From contig RHPI01001168.1 of the NCBI GenBank assembly GCA_009103225.1, forward strand, positions 403,986 through 467,985: a stretch of DNA of 64,000 bases. Reading direction: 5' to 3'. Source of the stretch: Chlorokybus atmophyticus (Eukaryota; Plantae; Mesostigma and Chlorokybus algae). Of the stretch, positions 36,356 through 50,600 are shown piece after piece (the stretch's first letter is position 1; each line of letters opens with the position of its first letter). The position numbers and the translations under genes were made by a program. The notes beneath the pieces were generated by a model that did not search any database, was not told the origin of the DNA, and worked only from the letters and a program-made list of their open reading frames with translations.

Positions 36356-38681
36356 TGCTGCTGTTGCGCGGCACACACAAGCCAAGTTGTCTGTTTGGGC
36401 CTTGTCTCTTGCTTCAGGTCTTGCGGCCTGGCCTGGAGCTTGCCACCACTCGGCCGGGCGGCCTGATCATCCCGCGCAATGCACGCCGCTGCATGCACCG
36501 GCACACCGCTGAGAAGCTGGCACTCGCACTGTGCTACTTCGTCACAGCAACACTGGAGATGGAGACACGACTACAAGTCCTAGTCCTCCCTCACCAACAC
36601 CGCCGCCGCTGCGTCGCCTCCCCTCAACCACGGCCTGCGTGACAGGATACTGCTAACGGCAGACGAGCGACGGACGGGATGATTACCGCCGTTTGGCTGT
36701 GCCATGCCAACGCAGTTCGCGACCGACGTCCGTGAACCGGTTGAGACAGCTCCAGGTTTCGGTCAACGTAGTCTGATTGTCGGACAGCTCGGTCGGTTGC
36801 CGCCACCTGAGGTTGAAAAACAGTAGTACAGACACAACGGGAAGGCTGCCGTTTGATGTGTTTATCACGGGACTGTTTGGATTTTCACATGAGGGGCTGC
36901 GTCTCCGATATCGTCGCGAGCACACAGAATCGAGCAGTGGCGCGCATACGATCAGCATGCCACGTGGGACAACGAGGAGGAACACATTTGCCAGAGAAAG
37001 AGATGCACAACTCACGCGGCATGAGGCCCACACAAGCTGGGTTCGTTTCTCGTTGATCACTGGCAGTCTCTGGCCGTTGTGGTAAGTTCAATACGCAAGC
37101 GGAGTTTGGCAACAAATAGCACACCTAGAATATGCATTTGGTGTTGAGTTATACCTCACAATTGCCATGCGGCTAGCACAGTCATATACATTTGCAGCGC
37201 TTGCTACTAGATGTCATGAAATGTTAACGTATCACGAATTCTTCCCTTACAGAATAAATGGGGTCATCTGCGAGGCACAACCGTCAAGTATTTGCTTGTG
37301 GCTTCCATCTTGCTTCGGCTACTAAATTGGTACGCGAGCTTCATGTTATGCGTTCAAAGCGTGATAAGTCACCGACAATATGCGGTGTGCTTGCGTACAT
37401 GTGAAACGAAGCATTGTCAGCGCTACTGCTTGCAGATATGTGAATTTCACAGCTGCACAGCTAACCATTTGACGATGATGATGGTATGCAATATGGTTTG
37501 CTATAATTTGTTCAGATACACCTTGGCTTGGCCGTTATATGCCCCTCGTCGCTAATATACGTAAATTGCTCGCAAGATAGCGCCGTAATGACCAAGTGCC
37601 ATTATTTACATGCATTTTCAAAAAATGTACTCAATTTAATGTCACATTGGAATATCCATTTTTCCACATTGTGTGATTGGTAACTTAACTTCACAAACAT
37701 CATAATGTGTACAATTACATCATGTTGTCTGATGGCAATTCAAGTTGCTTAACTGTAATAATCATAATAGCATGCAACGCATGACAGACATTGTGGTGTA
37801 AGCTAGATCATATGCAAGTTGATGCCGACTTAGAGCTGATAATAGCAAAAAGCATGTGTAAGCGTATCAAGCATAGTCAAATTTGCAGAAATATAAGCAT
37901 TTCACACATTATCACATATGCATCAATGTCACATTGACACAAATGTCAAGGATGAATTAGTTAATTAAGTTGTAATGCACTTGATAACCAGTATCAGACT
38001 ATGTGAATTATACATCCAAATGGTTTTTGAAAGATTCATGTCGTGGGGATACACGCATACAGTAACAATGTCAGCTCATGTCATTATGGTGAAATATGAA
38101 TTCGTAAGCGTTTGCATGAGTCATGTCAACAACCATGCACATGATCATGCATCAAACATTGCATAGGTAAATCAACATCGTAATGAAAATCTTTCTTTCA
38201 TGACAATATATAAAGCTATACAAGTGTAGACTTCTCAACGTGTAATTGAGCAGTACTTGCAATGGTGTGATGGCAATTGCTAACCTAACGCTCAATCATG
38301 CAGTTGCTTGTAACATGTGCCGCTATGCATGATGTGAACACCAACAACATCTCACGTATCAATCGATATGTTTAGTTTTCTGCTGCTCCACTATAAGTAT
38401 GACACTCGATTTGAATGTTTACGCATCTACTCAGGATGACTCACAATAGTATCAATACCATTTATACAGGCATATGTCTTGACTACGCTCGGCTCTTTCT
38501 GCCAGTTTGTAGTGGCAGAGCTTGAATGCATAGCTTAACAGACTACTACTATCGCTGGACTGTACACAGTACACAGACAAGCAATTCCAACAAGAGGATG
38601 AAGAAGAATGATGCCGCGGGGGTGCGCTCCCCTGCTATCCCTAACACTGTACTACCCCTAGTGTTAGCCTCACTCCGATTA

Positions 38682-41600
38682 CTACTCGTCTAGCTGGCAG
38701 AGTAGAGCGACTCCCTGCAGCACCCAGAAGTCGGGCGTGGTGCCGGGACGCACGGGGCAGCTCACGCAGAGGACGAAGTTGGTGGAGGCGCCCGTCGTCG
38801 ACAACACGCCAGCACGCACAGACGTCTTGTACAGCGGGCACTGGTACTCCTCAACGGGAGGCTTGTACCTGCACACGCAAGGTGTGAACAAAAACAGCGC
38901 CAACAGAGACATCATCAATCGCAACAAAAAAGCAACAACAAGAGCTCACCTCTCTGCGGGTACGAAGTGCACGACAGGTAGCGCCGCATGCATCTCCGCG
39001 GGTCTCGACTCATCGATACACCGTTGTTCCGTATCCCACCTCGCCCCATCCACAAACAGCCCGCTGATATACACTCCGTCTTCGGGCTCCTCGGCTATAT
39101 CCGCGGCCGTTGCATAATCCGTGATCTTGAACGAGAATGTGAGCGCGTCGATGGGGATGCCGTACTTGCGCGCGTGGGTCTGGAGGATACCCGTCATGAA
39201 CCCTTGAGGGAAGAAGAGACCCGGCATCCAGAAACAAGCGGGGTCGCCCTTCTCGAGCCAGGAACGCATGAAGGAGAAACGGTCCTGGAAGTCCCTCACC
39301 CAGGAGCTGAGAGGCTTGAGGGAGGGGTAGGCCACCGAGGCCCAGATGGTAGGCACCTGGAAGTGAGCGGGTGGTGTGGGTATGTGTGCGCGTGCGCGCG
39401 TGTGTGCGTGGCACAACACGCGTGTTATGCGCGTGCGGGGTCAAGTGCACGTTTGGCGGTGATGCGCGCCTTGCAGGGCCAAAGACACGCACCTGATTGT
39501 TCAGCATGGACGTGTACATTGTCTCCAACTCGCCCGACATGACCACGAGACCCTTGATGGCTTTCACCTGCGGCACACTCTCAGTATGGCAATCACACAT
39601 TGCCAATTGTGTACGCAGTCAGTCTTCCAACTTACCAGTTCAGTGAGGGTTGCTCTGAGCCTTTCTAGCAGGCGGTTGAAGCGCTCCATCTCCTGCATCA
39701 GAACGATGGCGAGGGAGCGACGCTGGCCGTTTGGCGCGGGCTTGAATGTCTCCTCGCCTGCGTGACGCGCACACAGTGGTAAGCTGGGGTGATGTAGGTG
39801 CATAGACAAGACACACATGCTGAAGACAACGTCCATGGTGCTCACCCGCTTCGGCCATGTCCAGAGGCTTTGGCAAGGCTTTGATCAGCTCCTCGGCCAT
39901 CTCTGCTACCACCTGGTCGGGGCTCTTGCCCACTCCCGCGCTCGCCATGCGGGGCTGCGCAACAGTACAACTCATCAGCCCTCTGACTTATCAACCACTC
40001 TGACACACATACACACACACGAAGCCGCAACACACATGTACACATGCCAGCACGCACCTGTATGGATAGTACGGTGTCTAGCATCTTGCGCGTCTCTTGC
40101 AGCTGGCACGTAATGTTCGCATTCTCATGCATGCCAAACACCTCGGGCGCCTCCGTGGGCGGCAGTCCCCTCACATAATCCAGATACCCCGCGACATCAT
40201 CATGCAACGGTGCCCTATACGTCCCCGACCTCGAGAACGTGTACCCATCATCTTCCACCACCTTCGGCGTGTAATACCTCCTGAGAATAGACAGCAAACA
40301 CACGCGGTCGTTGTCGTCCGTGACACGTCCACCGTAGTTAATCTCTCCTATCACGTACGACAGCGCCGCCCACGGTATCTCCGCTTGTTCCGTAAGAAAC
40401 ATCCTGAGCGTCTGCAACGAGCACTCGAAGTCCGACGCGTTGAACTCGTACTTGACGTTCCAACCCAACGGGCCGAACTTGCGACGCTCCTGCACGACGG
40501 CGTGGAAGAAGGCGAGCGAGAAGAGGAGACGGGAGTGGGCGGACACGTGACGGCCGCCGGTCGAGTCCAACACGTCGGGAGGGAGCTCCGTGTAGGAGCG
40601 GAGCATGTTGGCGCGGACGCCCTTGGGAGGCTCCGTCGTGATCTTCAAACCGTTCTGTGTATATCAAACAAAGTATGAGTTGTTGACTTGATGCATAAGA
40701 CCATGGGGACATACGGTGTGTGCGTGTGCCTGTTGGCGCGCATGTGCGATACATGCAGACCTGCATGGTTGATACGCTACGCAGACAGCATGCACATGAA
40801 TGTAGGCACGTACGCGCACGCGCAAGCACCCACGCGCGCGCAATGTAGACATGCATTGTGGGTACGCTGTTCAGAGACAGCATCGCATCATGATGCATCC
40901 TGTTACCTGTAGCACGAGTACTGGGAATGCTGGCGACGGCATGCTCGTGAGCCACAACCTAAAGTCCGGGTGCGTATCCGCCTGCTGCGACGACAGCCCC
41001 TCCACAATCCCCTCTAACGACCTCATCCAGCTCACAGCTAGATGACAGTTCTGCAAGCACACCCAGTCTCCGTTCTTCGCCGCCTTCGCCACGAGCATCT
41101 CCGCGATAGGCCCTTGCCCTTGCCCGAGCGATATCATGTGCAATTTCACGCCGGGAGCCCAACCCGCACGCTCGCCAAACCTTTGCAACTGCGCTGTCGG
41201 GTCCGCACCCGTTGATAAGATGAATGTCACGGGTGTGGCGCATGTTGTATCCTTGAAGACGTCCTCGAGTTTGAACGGCGGGGACTCGGTGAAGGATGAA
41301 CCCAAGTTGCGCGACACGTAGCGAGTACACCCGAATAGGACCTTCTCTTCCCTCAGCACCTTCACCATGCAGAGATGTTGGAAGTCGTCCGTGCGTGTCG
41401 GCCAATCGCCCGGTAGTGGTGATGCGTGCGGTTCGGCCGTCTCGTAGAACGCCTTCCAACGCGAAGCGCCGTCGGAGGTTGTGAAGTCTTCGGCCAGGCC
41501 ACGGAAGGCAGACACGTTGGCGTCGAGGTAGACGACGCCCTTCCACATGGCCTCCGTCAGCCAGGGAGATGTGGAGGAGGGACGAGGAGGCAAGGAACCG

Positions 41601-44600
41601 GTGGCGATAGGACCGCGCAACAAAAAGTTCCACTCCACGGGCGCAATCGTACCTGCAAGACCACACAGTCAATGTATTTTCCCGTCAAAGGTAGCACTGA
41701 CAGAACCAACCGTAGAAGGCAACTGCTATACAAAAGTAGAATACATACCAAAGCTAGAATGAACATGGGTGTGCCTGTCTGTTTGTGAATTCAAGAATGC
41801 AGGCTTGTATGCATGATGCACACTATCAGGCGTACAGACACACATGCGCACATATGCAGACACGCACAGCCGCAGCATGTGTAGCTAATCGTGGTGTCGT
41901 ACCTGCATCACGGAGTATGGAGGTGCAGAGCAGGAACGAGAACAGCGGTTTGTGCTCCTCAAACAGTCCTCGGCACACGTTGATGTATATCTGCTGCGTG
42001 GCATAGTCCGACAGCACCTTGAGCCTCTGCTCGAGCGCATCCGCTGGGGGCGCATTGACGAGGCACACGTTGAACGCTCGCGCAAAGTACGACAGCGAGT
42101 ACTGATACATCGGCCCGATGAGCGGCAGATCCGCGGTAGCAAAGTAGAGCAGACTCCCTCTCCTCGCCACCACGCGGTACTTCTCTCTATTCGTGTTGAT
42201 CTCGCGCTCGGTCTCCTCGGCCTCTTTGACTCTGCCCTGAATCACGGCGGAGGTCAGCTTCGAGTTGTTGAGAGTGTTGATCAGGACCTCATCGTCGAGG
42301 ATGTTGCCCTTGGACTCGCGGAGGAGCTTGAGGATCTTGTCCTCGAGCTCCTTGAGCTGGCGCTTGTCGCCCCCGATGGAGACCACCAGCCTGTCCCTCA
42401 GCTCCTCAAGGTCGGGGCGTTCCCTCCGCACCTGCGTGTGCGTGTCATCAAAACTCTTATCCCCTTCACCACAAGACAAGAAAGAAGCAATGCAAACAGC
42501 AGTAAACCTACCACATCCCCCAGCAGCTGCTCCTCGAGTCCACGCAGCGTGACAGTGAAGTTGATGATGGTCACCTTGATGCAAACCTCCGGAAGGTAGT
42601 GTGGGTTGGCCAGCTTGCTGCAGCACATCGCATTGCGAGTGAGTCCAATTCATACATATACAACACAACAACAACGACAACATTAACAACAACAGCAACA
42701 TCCACGTACGTGGTCATGTACAGCTTGAATCCCGGGTCATAGTCGACATCCGTATCTCCAAGTCGTATGAGTGTGCGTCCTCCAACAGTGACAGTCTGCT
42801 TGAGTAGTATAGGCTCAAGCGCAGGGTCGAGCGTCTCCCCAACATCTTCGAGTAACACAGGACACCCGATGCGCACGGCGTTCTCAAGTGTACGCAAGAA
42901 CCCGGGATCCGTCATCTTCGTCACACGCAGACCCGCCTTAGCCTCCATAGCTTTCACCCACTTGTTGGCTTGTCCTTGGGGATCGATGCACAGCGGCCAC
43001 CTCCTCGCTCGCGTGACGAGTATGCCGTTGTCGATCGACACGCCGTCGGAGGGTAAGCCCCATATCCCCCACTCTCTCACCTCAACCGGGTTGGACAACG
43101 TGGCTCTCAGGGCGTAGTCGGCGGATACGGGTACGCCCGCATCTTGCAGATGTTGGACCCACGACGCCACGAGGGCCTCGCGGTACGGCCCCGTGAAGGC
43201 CCCGTAGTACGCGATGGCGGCGGCGGATAGGAACACGTCTCCGACAAGGAGTGCCGTCTGTTGCTCGATGAGGTCCGCGGTGGCACGCCAACGCACCTGC
43301 TCGTCGGCCAGACCGGAGGTGAGCTTCCCCGCACGCTGGAGACGTTTACTCGTCTGCGCGGCCTGGAACTTGAGGGACTCGCTCTCAGCCTGCGCATCAT
43401 CCAACTGCTTCTGGAGGTCCGCCACCTGCGCCTCCACGCGTGCGAGCTCGTCTTGCTTCGCACGCAGGCCCTCATTTGCTTCGCGTAGTTGGGACTCTGC
43501 TGCTGCGAGGGCAGCACGCTTGGGTTCGACGGCTTTGGCCACACGCGAGTACGTGTCCATCGCGCGGGTCCACATGCACAGTGACTTGGCGGCGTTGCTC
43601 TGCTTGGCCACCTGTTCGGGGGTGTACACGGGGTCGTCGACGTACTTCTTCAGCTGACGGATCACCTTCTCGGGGATGTTGTCCTTATCATAATCCATCA
43701 GACGCTTGATGAAGGCCACATCACTTAAAACACGCTTGGCCGTGTCCCAGTCGGTCTTCTCCCCGAGACACACGCACACGGCCTCCAGCGTCTTCTGCAC
43801 GAGTGGCGGCGGCTTAGGGAAAGATTTGATTTCAGTGATATCTTGTTTGTTGAGAGCCGAGAGGGCGTCCACGGCAGCCTGCAGGGCCGGTAGCGCCTCG
43901 TCGAGGTCTGCCTTTGCGTCATCAGCCATGGCTTGTGTCTCGGCGGCCTTGCGCTTGACCTCGGCCTCCTCGGCCCCGACCACGGCCTTGACTTGTTGCG
44001 CGGCCTCGCGGTCGCGGTTCACCTTCTCCAACAGCACCGCCGTGGCAGCCGACTTCTCTTCGAGTAGAGGCTGAAGCTCACCCAACTCCACCTTCATGCT
44101 GGCAACCACGTCATTCGTTTCCTGCAGCTTCGAGAGTCCATTCAACAAGCGGTCCCGTGCAGCCCCGAGCTCCGCGCGCTTCTCCCCAAGTAAAGTTATA
44201 TACAACCCAATCAAGTCCAAGTAACTCTTCGGTGTCGTGTAGAAGCGTCTCCGCAACTCCTCCCAGAATCGATCCGCCGCTTTCGCCACCGACATGTGTA
44301 TCTCCACGCACATGCGCGCCACGCTCGTGCGCACGGCGTCCGTCCCGAGGTCCACGCCGGAAAGGAAACGCGCAGACACGGACAACAAAGCCTCCTCGGG
44401 CCACTCTTCATACCAGTCGATAGTGCAACAGTTGATCAAAGAAGGGAACTTTCTGCACCGAGCCCTAAACGCACTGCAAGAAGGAGAACAAGTGTTGGTG
44501 TTTGCGTATCTGTGAAGGCCAGATGCATGCGATCATCTTGCTACTGCTTACTTGCCGACAGGGGACATGCACAGCACGACGTGTAGGTTGTCGCGCACGC

Positions 44601-47600
44601 GGTTGATGAAGGTGCCGTACATGACCTCGCGGGTCTCGGGGAGGCCGAGGGCCTGCACGTGAGGACGCATCTCACCGCAGATGCGCTCCTTCGCATCCAA
44701 ATCATACAACCCAGGCACCTGCGTGGAAAACGTCACAATTAGAGCCAAGCTTTCACTACCTCCTTACACACAACAACGGCGTACCTCTCCCGAGTTGAGT
44801 ATGTTGTTGATGTCTTCCAGGAACCCCTCCTCTACAATCTGCGTATCGGTAAACAAGAACACGACCGGCGTGCCCGCGATGCCCGCCATCTTGTACAAGT
44901 TCCTCAGGTCCTCCCTAAACTCCGACTGCCCATACCCCTTCTTCAGCTCGATCTGGAAGCACTTGTAGTCCGCCATGAAGGCGGCGAAGCGCGTGAGGCT
45001 CTGCTTGCCGGAGCCGCCCACGCCCACGAGCATGGCGTTGCCGCGGGGCTGGCGGAGCACGCGGGCCGCGCGACAGGCGTGAGCCACGGCATCGGGGAAG
45101 AAGACCAGAGCGAGCTGAGATGGAGAAGCCATGTTGTACTCGGAGAGGTAGTCCTCCAGCGTCGCCAGCAACTTGTTGTAGTTTGATAACTGTGGAAGAA
45201 CAGTGTTAGTGTGCATGTAAGGTGATAAAGAAAAGCTCCGTCGTGCAATGCACAGCGTGCTGAAACACGCATACACACACACAAGCTCCCGTGGATGCGC
45301 ACGCTACACGCAAAGAGTGCATCGACCCACACTCACCTCTTCATACACTCGGTCTTCGCCTGATGCCCCGATGCGCATAAAATCCCCAAACAGTATGGTC
45401 CTGTCCTCGAACAGGTCCTTCTGATCAGAACCAGAGTCAAAGTGCTTCCTCAGTAGCTCCACCGCCATCTCCTTGAAGTAGGCCTTATCCTGATTATTGA
45501 TCAGTCTGTCGTGAAACACGCGCATGCTCTCGTGCAGCCACAGCCGCGTGAGGACCTCCGGCGTGGGACAGTTTGGCGGCGTGACCATCAACACACCCTG
45601 GAACACCTTGGACAAGTCCCTTAGGTTGAAAGTGTAGTGGCTCTTGGCGGGAGTTGGTAAGAGTTCAGCGCATATGCGCTCGTACATAGCCACGCTGGCC
45701 TCCACCACAGCACGCGCGAGGTTGCGAACGGCGGGCTGGAAGCCGCCGTCGCCGAGGAAACCGTTCAGGATGGCGCCGAGGATCGTGCGCATAGCGGGGC
45801 CGGAGGGGGGAGGGATGCATAGCATGGTGAAGTGACGGAAGAACCTCGGCGTCACCTAACGCGAGAAGACACATTGAGCGCAGAGTAGCTGGCGTGTATG
45901 ACACACAACATGCACGCATTCCACACCTCGTTGCGGCCTCCCCCAGGTGGTGCACATGCGGCCACGAGCGTGACGTCCTCGATGTCCTTCCAGAACAACT
46001 TCTTGCGGTCATAGAAGCCTCTGTATCACACAACGATCATGTTACAGCATGTGTAAGAGTTAGCACTTTTGGTGATGGGTTCTACACGCACAAGCCACCC
46101 ATGCAGACACACCCATACGCACACGCGCACGCGCATGCAGACACACACACGCACACATACTCGCGCGCACACGCAGCACGCATGCACACGCACGTGCGCG
46201 TGTACACCCACACCTACCTGAAATCCTGTAGCTGTCGCAGCAGTTCGATCGGCGGCTGCGCTCCATACGTCTCCCTTGCCGGCATATTCACATCGTCCAC
46301 GAATATTGCCATCCTCTTCCCCACCGGCGCTCCGAACCTCGTCTTCCTCTTCTTCTCCAGCTTGCTCTCGATCACAAACTGCGTATCTATCGAGCTCGTC
46401 TGCGCCGAGAAGTTGAGCAACACCGGCACAACATTTTGCGTCTCAGCGAAGCGGTTGAGGGCGTCCACCACGACGACGGACTTGCCGACGCCGGTCACGC
46501 CCGTGAAGAGGACGGAACGCTCCACGGCGAGGGAGGCGTCGAGGAGGAAAGAGTAACGGACCGTGTCGATCGTGGGGACGAGCATCTGGAAGTAAGGAAC
46601 GGACTTGCTGAATTTGAACGCCGGAACAACATCCTCCCAAGCCTGCAAAATACAATCAGCACTCAGTACTGACCCACTCGCATAACTTTGTGCATGGCGG
46701 CGACTGTTGTTGTTGTTGTTGTTGTCAACATTGTCGTCGGCATAGTTGGCGCTGTTAGTGTTGCTGATGATGGTGACGATGAAGATGCTGTGGTTGTTGT
46801 TGGTGTCATCGTTCTCGTTCTTCCTACAATGCATCATCTCAACTACTCACCTGCAATGCGCCCTCCTTGTAGTCCACATAATAGTCAAACACATTCCCCT
46901 GTCCCGGGAACTGCGCGATGGGCGCGAGTCGCTCCCTGACGAACTCGTCAAACTTCTCGTGACTCAGCGCTGTCAGATTCCCGCCAAGGGACCACACATA
47001 TGCGAACGCAAAGAGACGACCGACCACGAGGTGGAGCTCCTCGGGGGGACGGGCGAAGTCTAGGCCGCGACCGGGAGAGAGGAGAGTCTGGGAACACACG
47101 AAGGAGGGTGAGTTTGATGTGGGTAATGCGGGTTGAGACATCGTAGCAACGAAGCTCTCACACAAATACACACGTGCACGCACGCGCGCACACGTAGTGG
47201 CTATGGTTGGATATATCACCTGCATCAGGTACATCAAGGAGATAACCAGGTTGATGTTCACTGACGGGATGTCCTCCTTGCAGTGCTTGCGCACAAACGC
47301 CAGACCTGAGAAGTCGACAGACATCATCAAGCTGCTGTGTTGTGCTTCATGCATGCTCTTCTAATGTCGTTGTACCCAGGCACAAACACTCACCGCTATC
47401 GACGTACTCCTCAAACAACTGCAGCACGTAAGCCTTGGTCTCCTGCAAAACCAACATCCGTGAGTCAGTAAGTACTCTGCGTATCAGCTGCCAACATGTT
47501 GATGTTTGAAAAGCACGTTTACCGGAGACAACTCTTGCGGTAGCTTCTGTGCTCCCCACGTGGCCGCGACGGGTCTCCACCCGAGGCACTCTGGCGGCAC

Positions 47601-50600
47601 GTACACCATGCCACATCTCGACACCGTTGCCGGCGAGGCCACAGCAAGGTCCTGCACTTCAAACAGCATGCGCATGGTTGTCCCGTTGAGCTTGATGCGT
47701 TCTCCGTTGGGTAAGCAAAGGGTGCGATTGTCGTCGAGTACGGTGTTCATGTTCTCGATCCATATGGCGTCGACGGGCCCGTCAAACACGACCCACTTGC
47801 GACTTTCTGTCGTATCGGCCACGCACTCGCGTATGATGGTGGAGGCGAGGCCGTCAGCCCACTCGTTGGTCAGGGCGCTGTACTCGCCGTAGAGCTCACC
47901 CATCTTGATGCACTTGGGGTTGAGGACGTAAGTGCTCGTGCGTTGCAAAGCCTCATTGGTTGATCCACGCTCTCTCAACAATGTCGATGCATCCCGTAGA
48001 GTCCGGTAACACGCCGTCTTCCCGCACCCCGTCGGTCCCACCAACATGGCCCCGAAGCGCACGTTCAACACGTCGTAGAGTTGTATCACCTTGGTTACAA
48101 AGGCCTCGACGGGTTGTAAACCCGCGACAGTAATCGACTCGGCGATGCCTTGACTTAACTCCCCGTAGTCTTGATCAGGTATGCTCGCACCGGGGAACAG
48201 ATCTGATACAATAGCTTGGAACAGCAACGCATCATCGACCAGAAACTTGGGCAGGTTGCTGTCCTTCATGGCTCTGATCAACACGATGTCCTCGTCGAGG
48301 TCCGGGTTGGCACGCTTGAGCGCGCCCGCCATCACGAGCACGGACTTGAGGGCACGCATACCAAAATCATAGTGATCTTGCTGAGACAACTGCTCGCTAC
48401 TCAACTTGTACAGCTTCACCATCTTGGAGCTGAGAGCTTTGGCATTTTGGAACCCTTCACTGAACAACATCACCTCAGCTACAAGAGCGTAGTCGGGTAT
48501 CATCATGCTCATGGGTCTGAACAAAGCCTTCAAGTTGTCTGGCAACTCCGTGCGGCCGGCATATCCCGGGTTCATCGTAATGAACACGCCGCACGTTGGC
48601 ACGAGACGTATCTCCCTCCCCTCAAAGTTGAAGCGTTGCACGCCCGCGCGCAAGGCGTTCTGGATGGTGAGGAGTTGTTGGGCTACGACAGATAACACCT
48701 CGATGTCGATGCGGTTGAACTCGTCGAAACAAGCCCACGCGCCGCACTGAGCGAGGCCGCTGAAGAACTTGCCCATGAACTTGAAGTCGAGGTTGTCGCC
48801 GCAGTTGAACACCACGCATTGGACGCCGAGGGCCTTGGCAAGGTCCTTGGTCGTCTCAGTCTTGCCTGGGGAGTGTGTGCGTGTGCGTGAGCATGTGCGT
48901 GTGATATACTATCAACATTGTTGATGACTTGCATACTCCACGTACCAGTGCCGGCGGGGCCAGCGGGTGCGCCTCCAAGCTTGAGGTGTAGGGCTCCAGT
49001 GAGTGTCATGTAGCAGCGGTCTGTCATGGGCGTGACCACCAGACGAGACTGGGCGCCCAGGTACTCGTACGCGTACAAGAACGACGCGTTGGTCTGCCTA
49101 ACAATCGCCTCATCACTCGTGTCCTGTGGAGTAGTGAATCCCATGAGCATCGACACACATTATCGACTTATGGAAAAGTCATGCTTACATCCCATGTGTA
49201 GCGCAGCTGCATCTGCCACCCAAAGTCATTGGGCGATGTCACTTTGTTGCTGATGAGGCTTTCCACAATGTCACGCGCGTGCACGTCAATGGTGATGAGC
49301 GCCGTCATAACGTTGCGCTGGAGTCGCGATAGGGCCCCGCGCACGAGGCCGGAGAGGTCGTTGAGCTGCGCCACGCACACCGCCTTGTGGTACTCCTCCA
49401 GGGCGCGCGTGACGTCCTCGGAGACCAACGAATCCGTCACGTCTTTGACCCAGTACACCTGAGAGATCATCAGCACAAGCTGCGCGGGCTGCTCCATAAC
49501 CCACTCCACGCGGGGCTTCCTCGCATAGTCCTGCGCAACACATCAACAAGGTGAGCCACGAGATGCAACCATGTGTGCGCGCTTACCAATGTGTATGTGT
49601 GTCGGCGTGTGTGCGCGCGTGTGCTTGTTGACTGTACCTGGAATGCTGCCTTGGCGAGGCGACGAAGGGATGCTACCATGTTTTGTTCAACTGCCGTGAG
49701 CCACTGCTCTACATTGCCTCGTGCCTTGAGGTTCTTTCCAAGTCCGACGCGCTCTCCCTCTCCCGACACCATGGCAAGAATATCAATCGACTTGGGATCA
49801 TCCCCAAAGTCCAGCGACTTGATTCCATCAAAGCACTTGCTCATGTGCGGCTGCACGGCCTGCACGTTGCGCGTCTGCGCGAGTATCTCCAACAACTCAT
49901 CGTTGGATAAGAAGTAAAACCGCGGGAACGCCATGCGTTTGGTCTCAAGATAGTCCTCAAGGTTCTTCTGTATGCGGTCGAGTGTCTCATTACTCTTCTG
50001 GAAAGCTTCCAACCAACCCGGCGTGGTTCCCGCCTGCAGCGCGTTGGACCGGTCTTTGGTCCTTCGCATGATGTCCTTGAGCTGCTTGTCGACCGTGAAG
50101 AAGGCTTTGCTTTCAGATGGGAGCTGCCGTTGTATGTCGGGCGCGCTGAAGATGGACTCGAGGTACATCCAGTTCTTCTGGCACGCGAGCCACTCATCGA
50201 GAGTCTCGCTGAAGAGAGAGAGCTGCTTCTCCATCTTCTCCACCTCCGCGCGGATGCCCGTGACGTATCTGCTCGCGGTGATGGTGCTCATGGCGACGAG
50301 GCTTTCATCGAGAGCGGCGATGACCTCCTCCACCCCACCCAGGATATACGTGTCCTTAGCGTCCTTGTAAGGAACAACAGTAAGCTCGATCCCCGCCCAA
50401 CGCGCCACCACGCGAGCCAACATCTCCTCCAATGCCGCCTCCTGCGTGGCCTCAGTAGACACGCCCGCGATCTCGTCCTTGTGCTGCGTCACTTTCAGCT
50501 CCAACAGGGTGCCCAATGTAAACTTCTCGTCGCGAACCAACGCGGCACCCACCGCGGCCTCGATCTTGTCCCAGTGACGTTGTTTCAAGGCTTTGTTTCG

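Noticed and set aside
36624-37124. Short ORFs upstream of the sugar porter
   Set aside because: No recognisable domain or consistent splice structure; treated as promoter or intergenic DNA.
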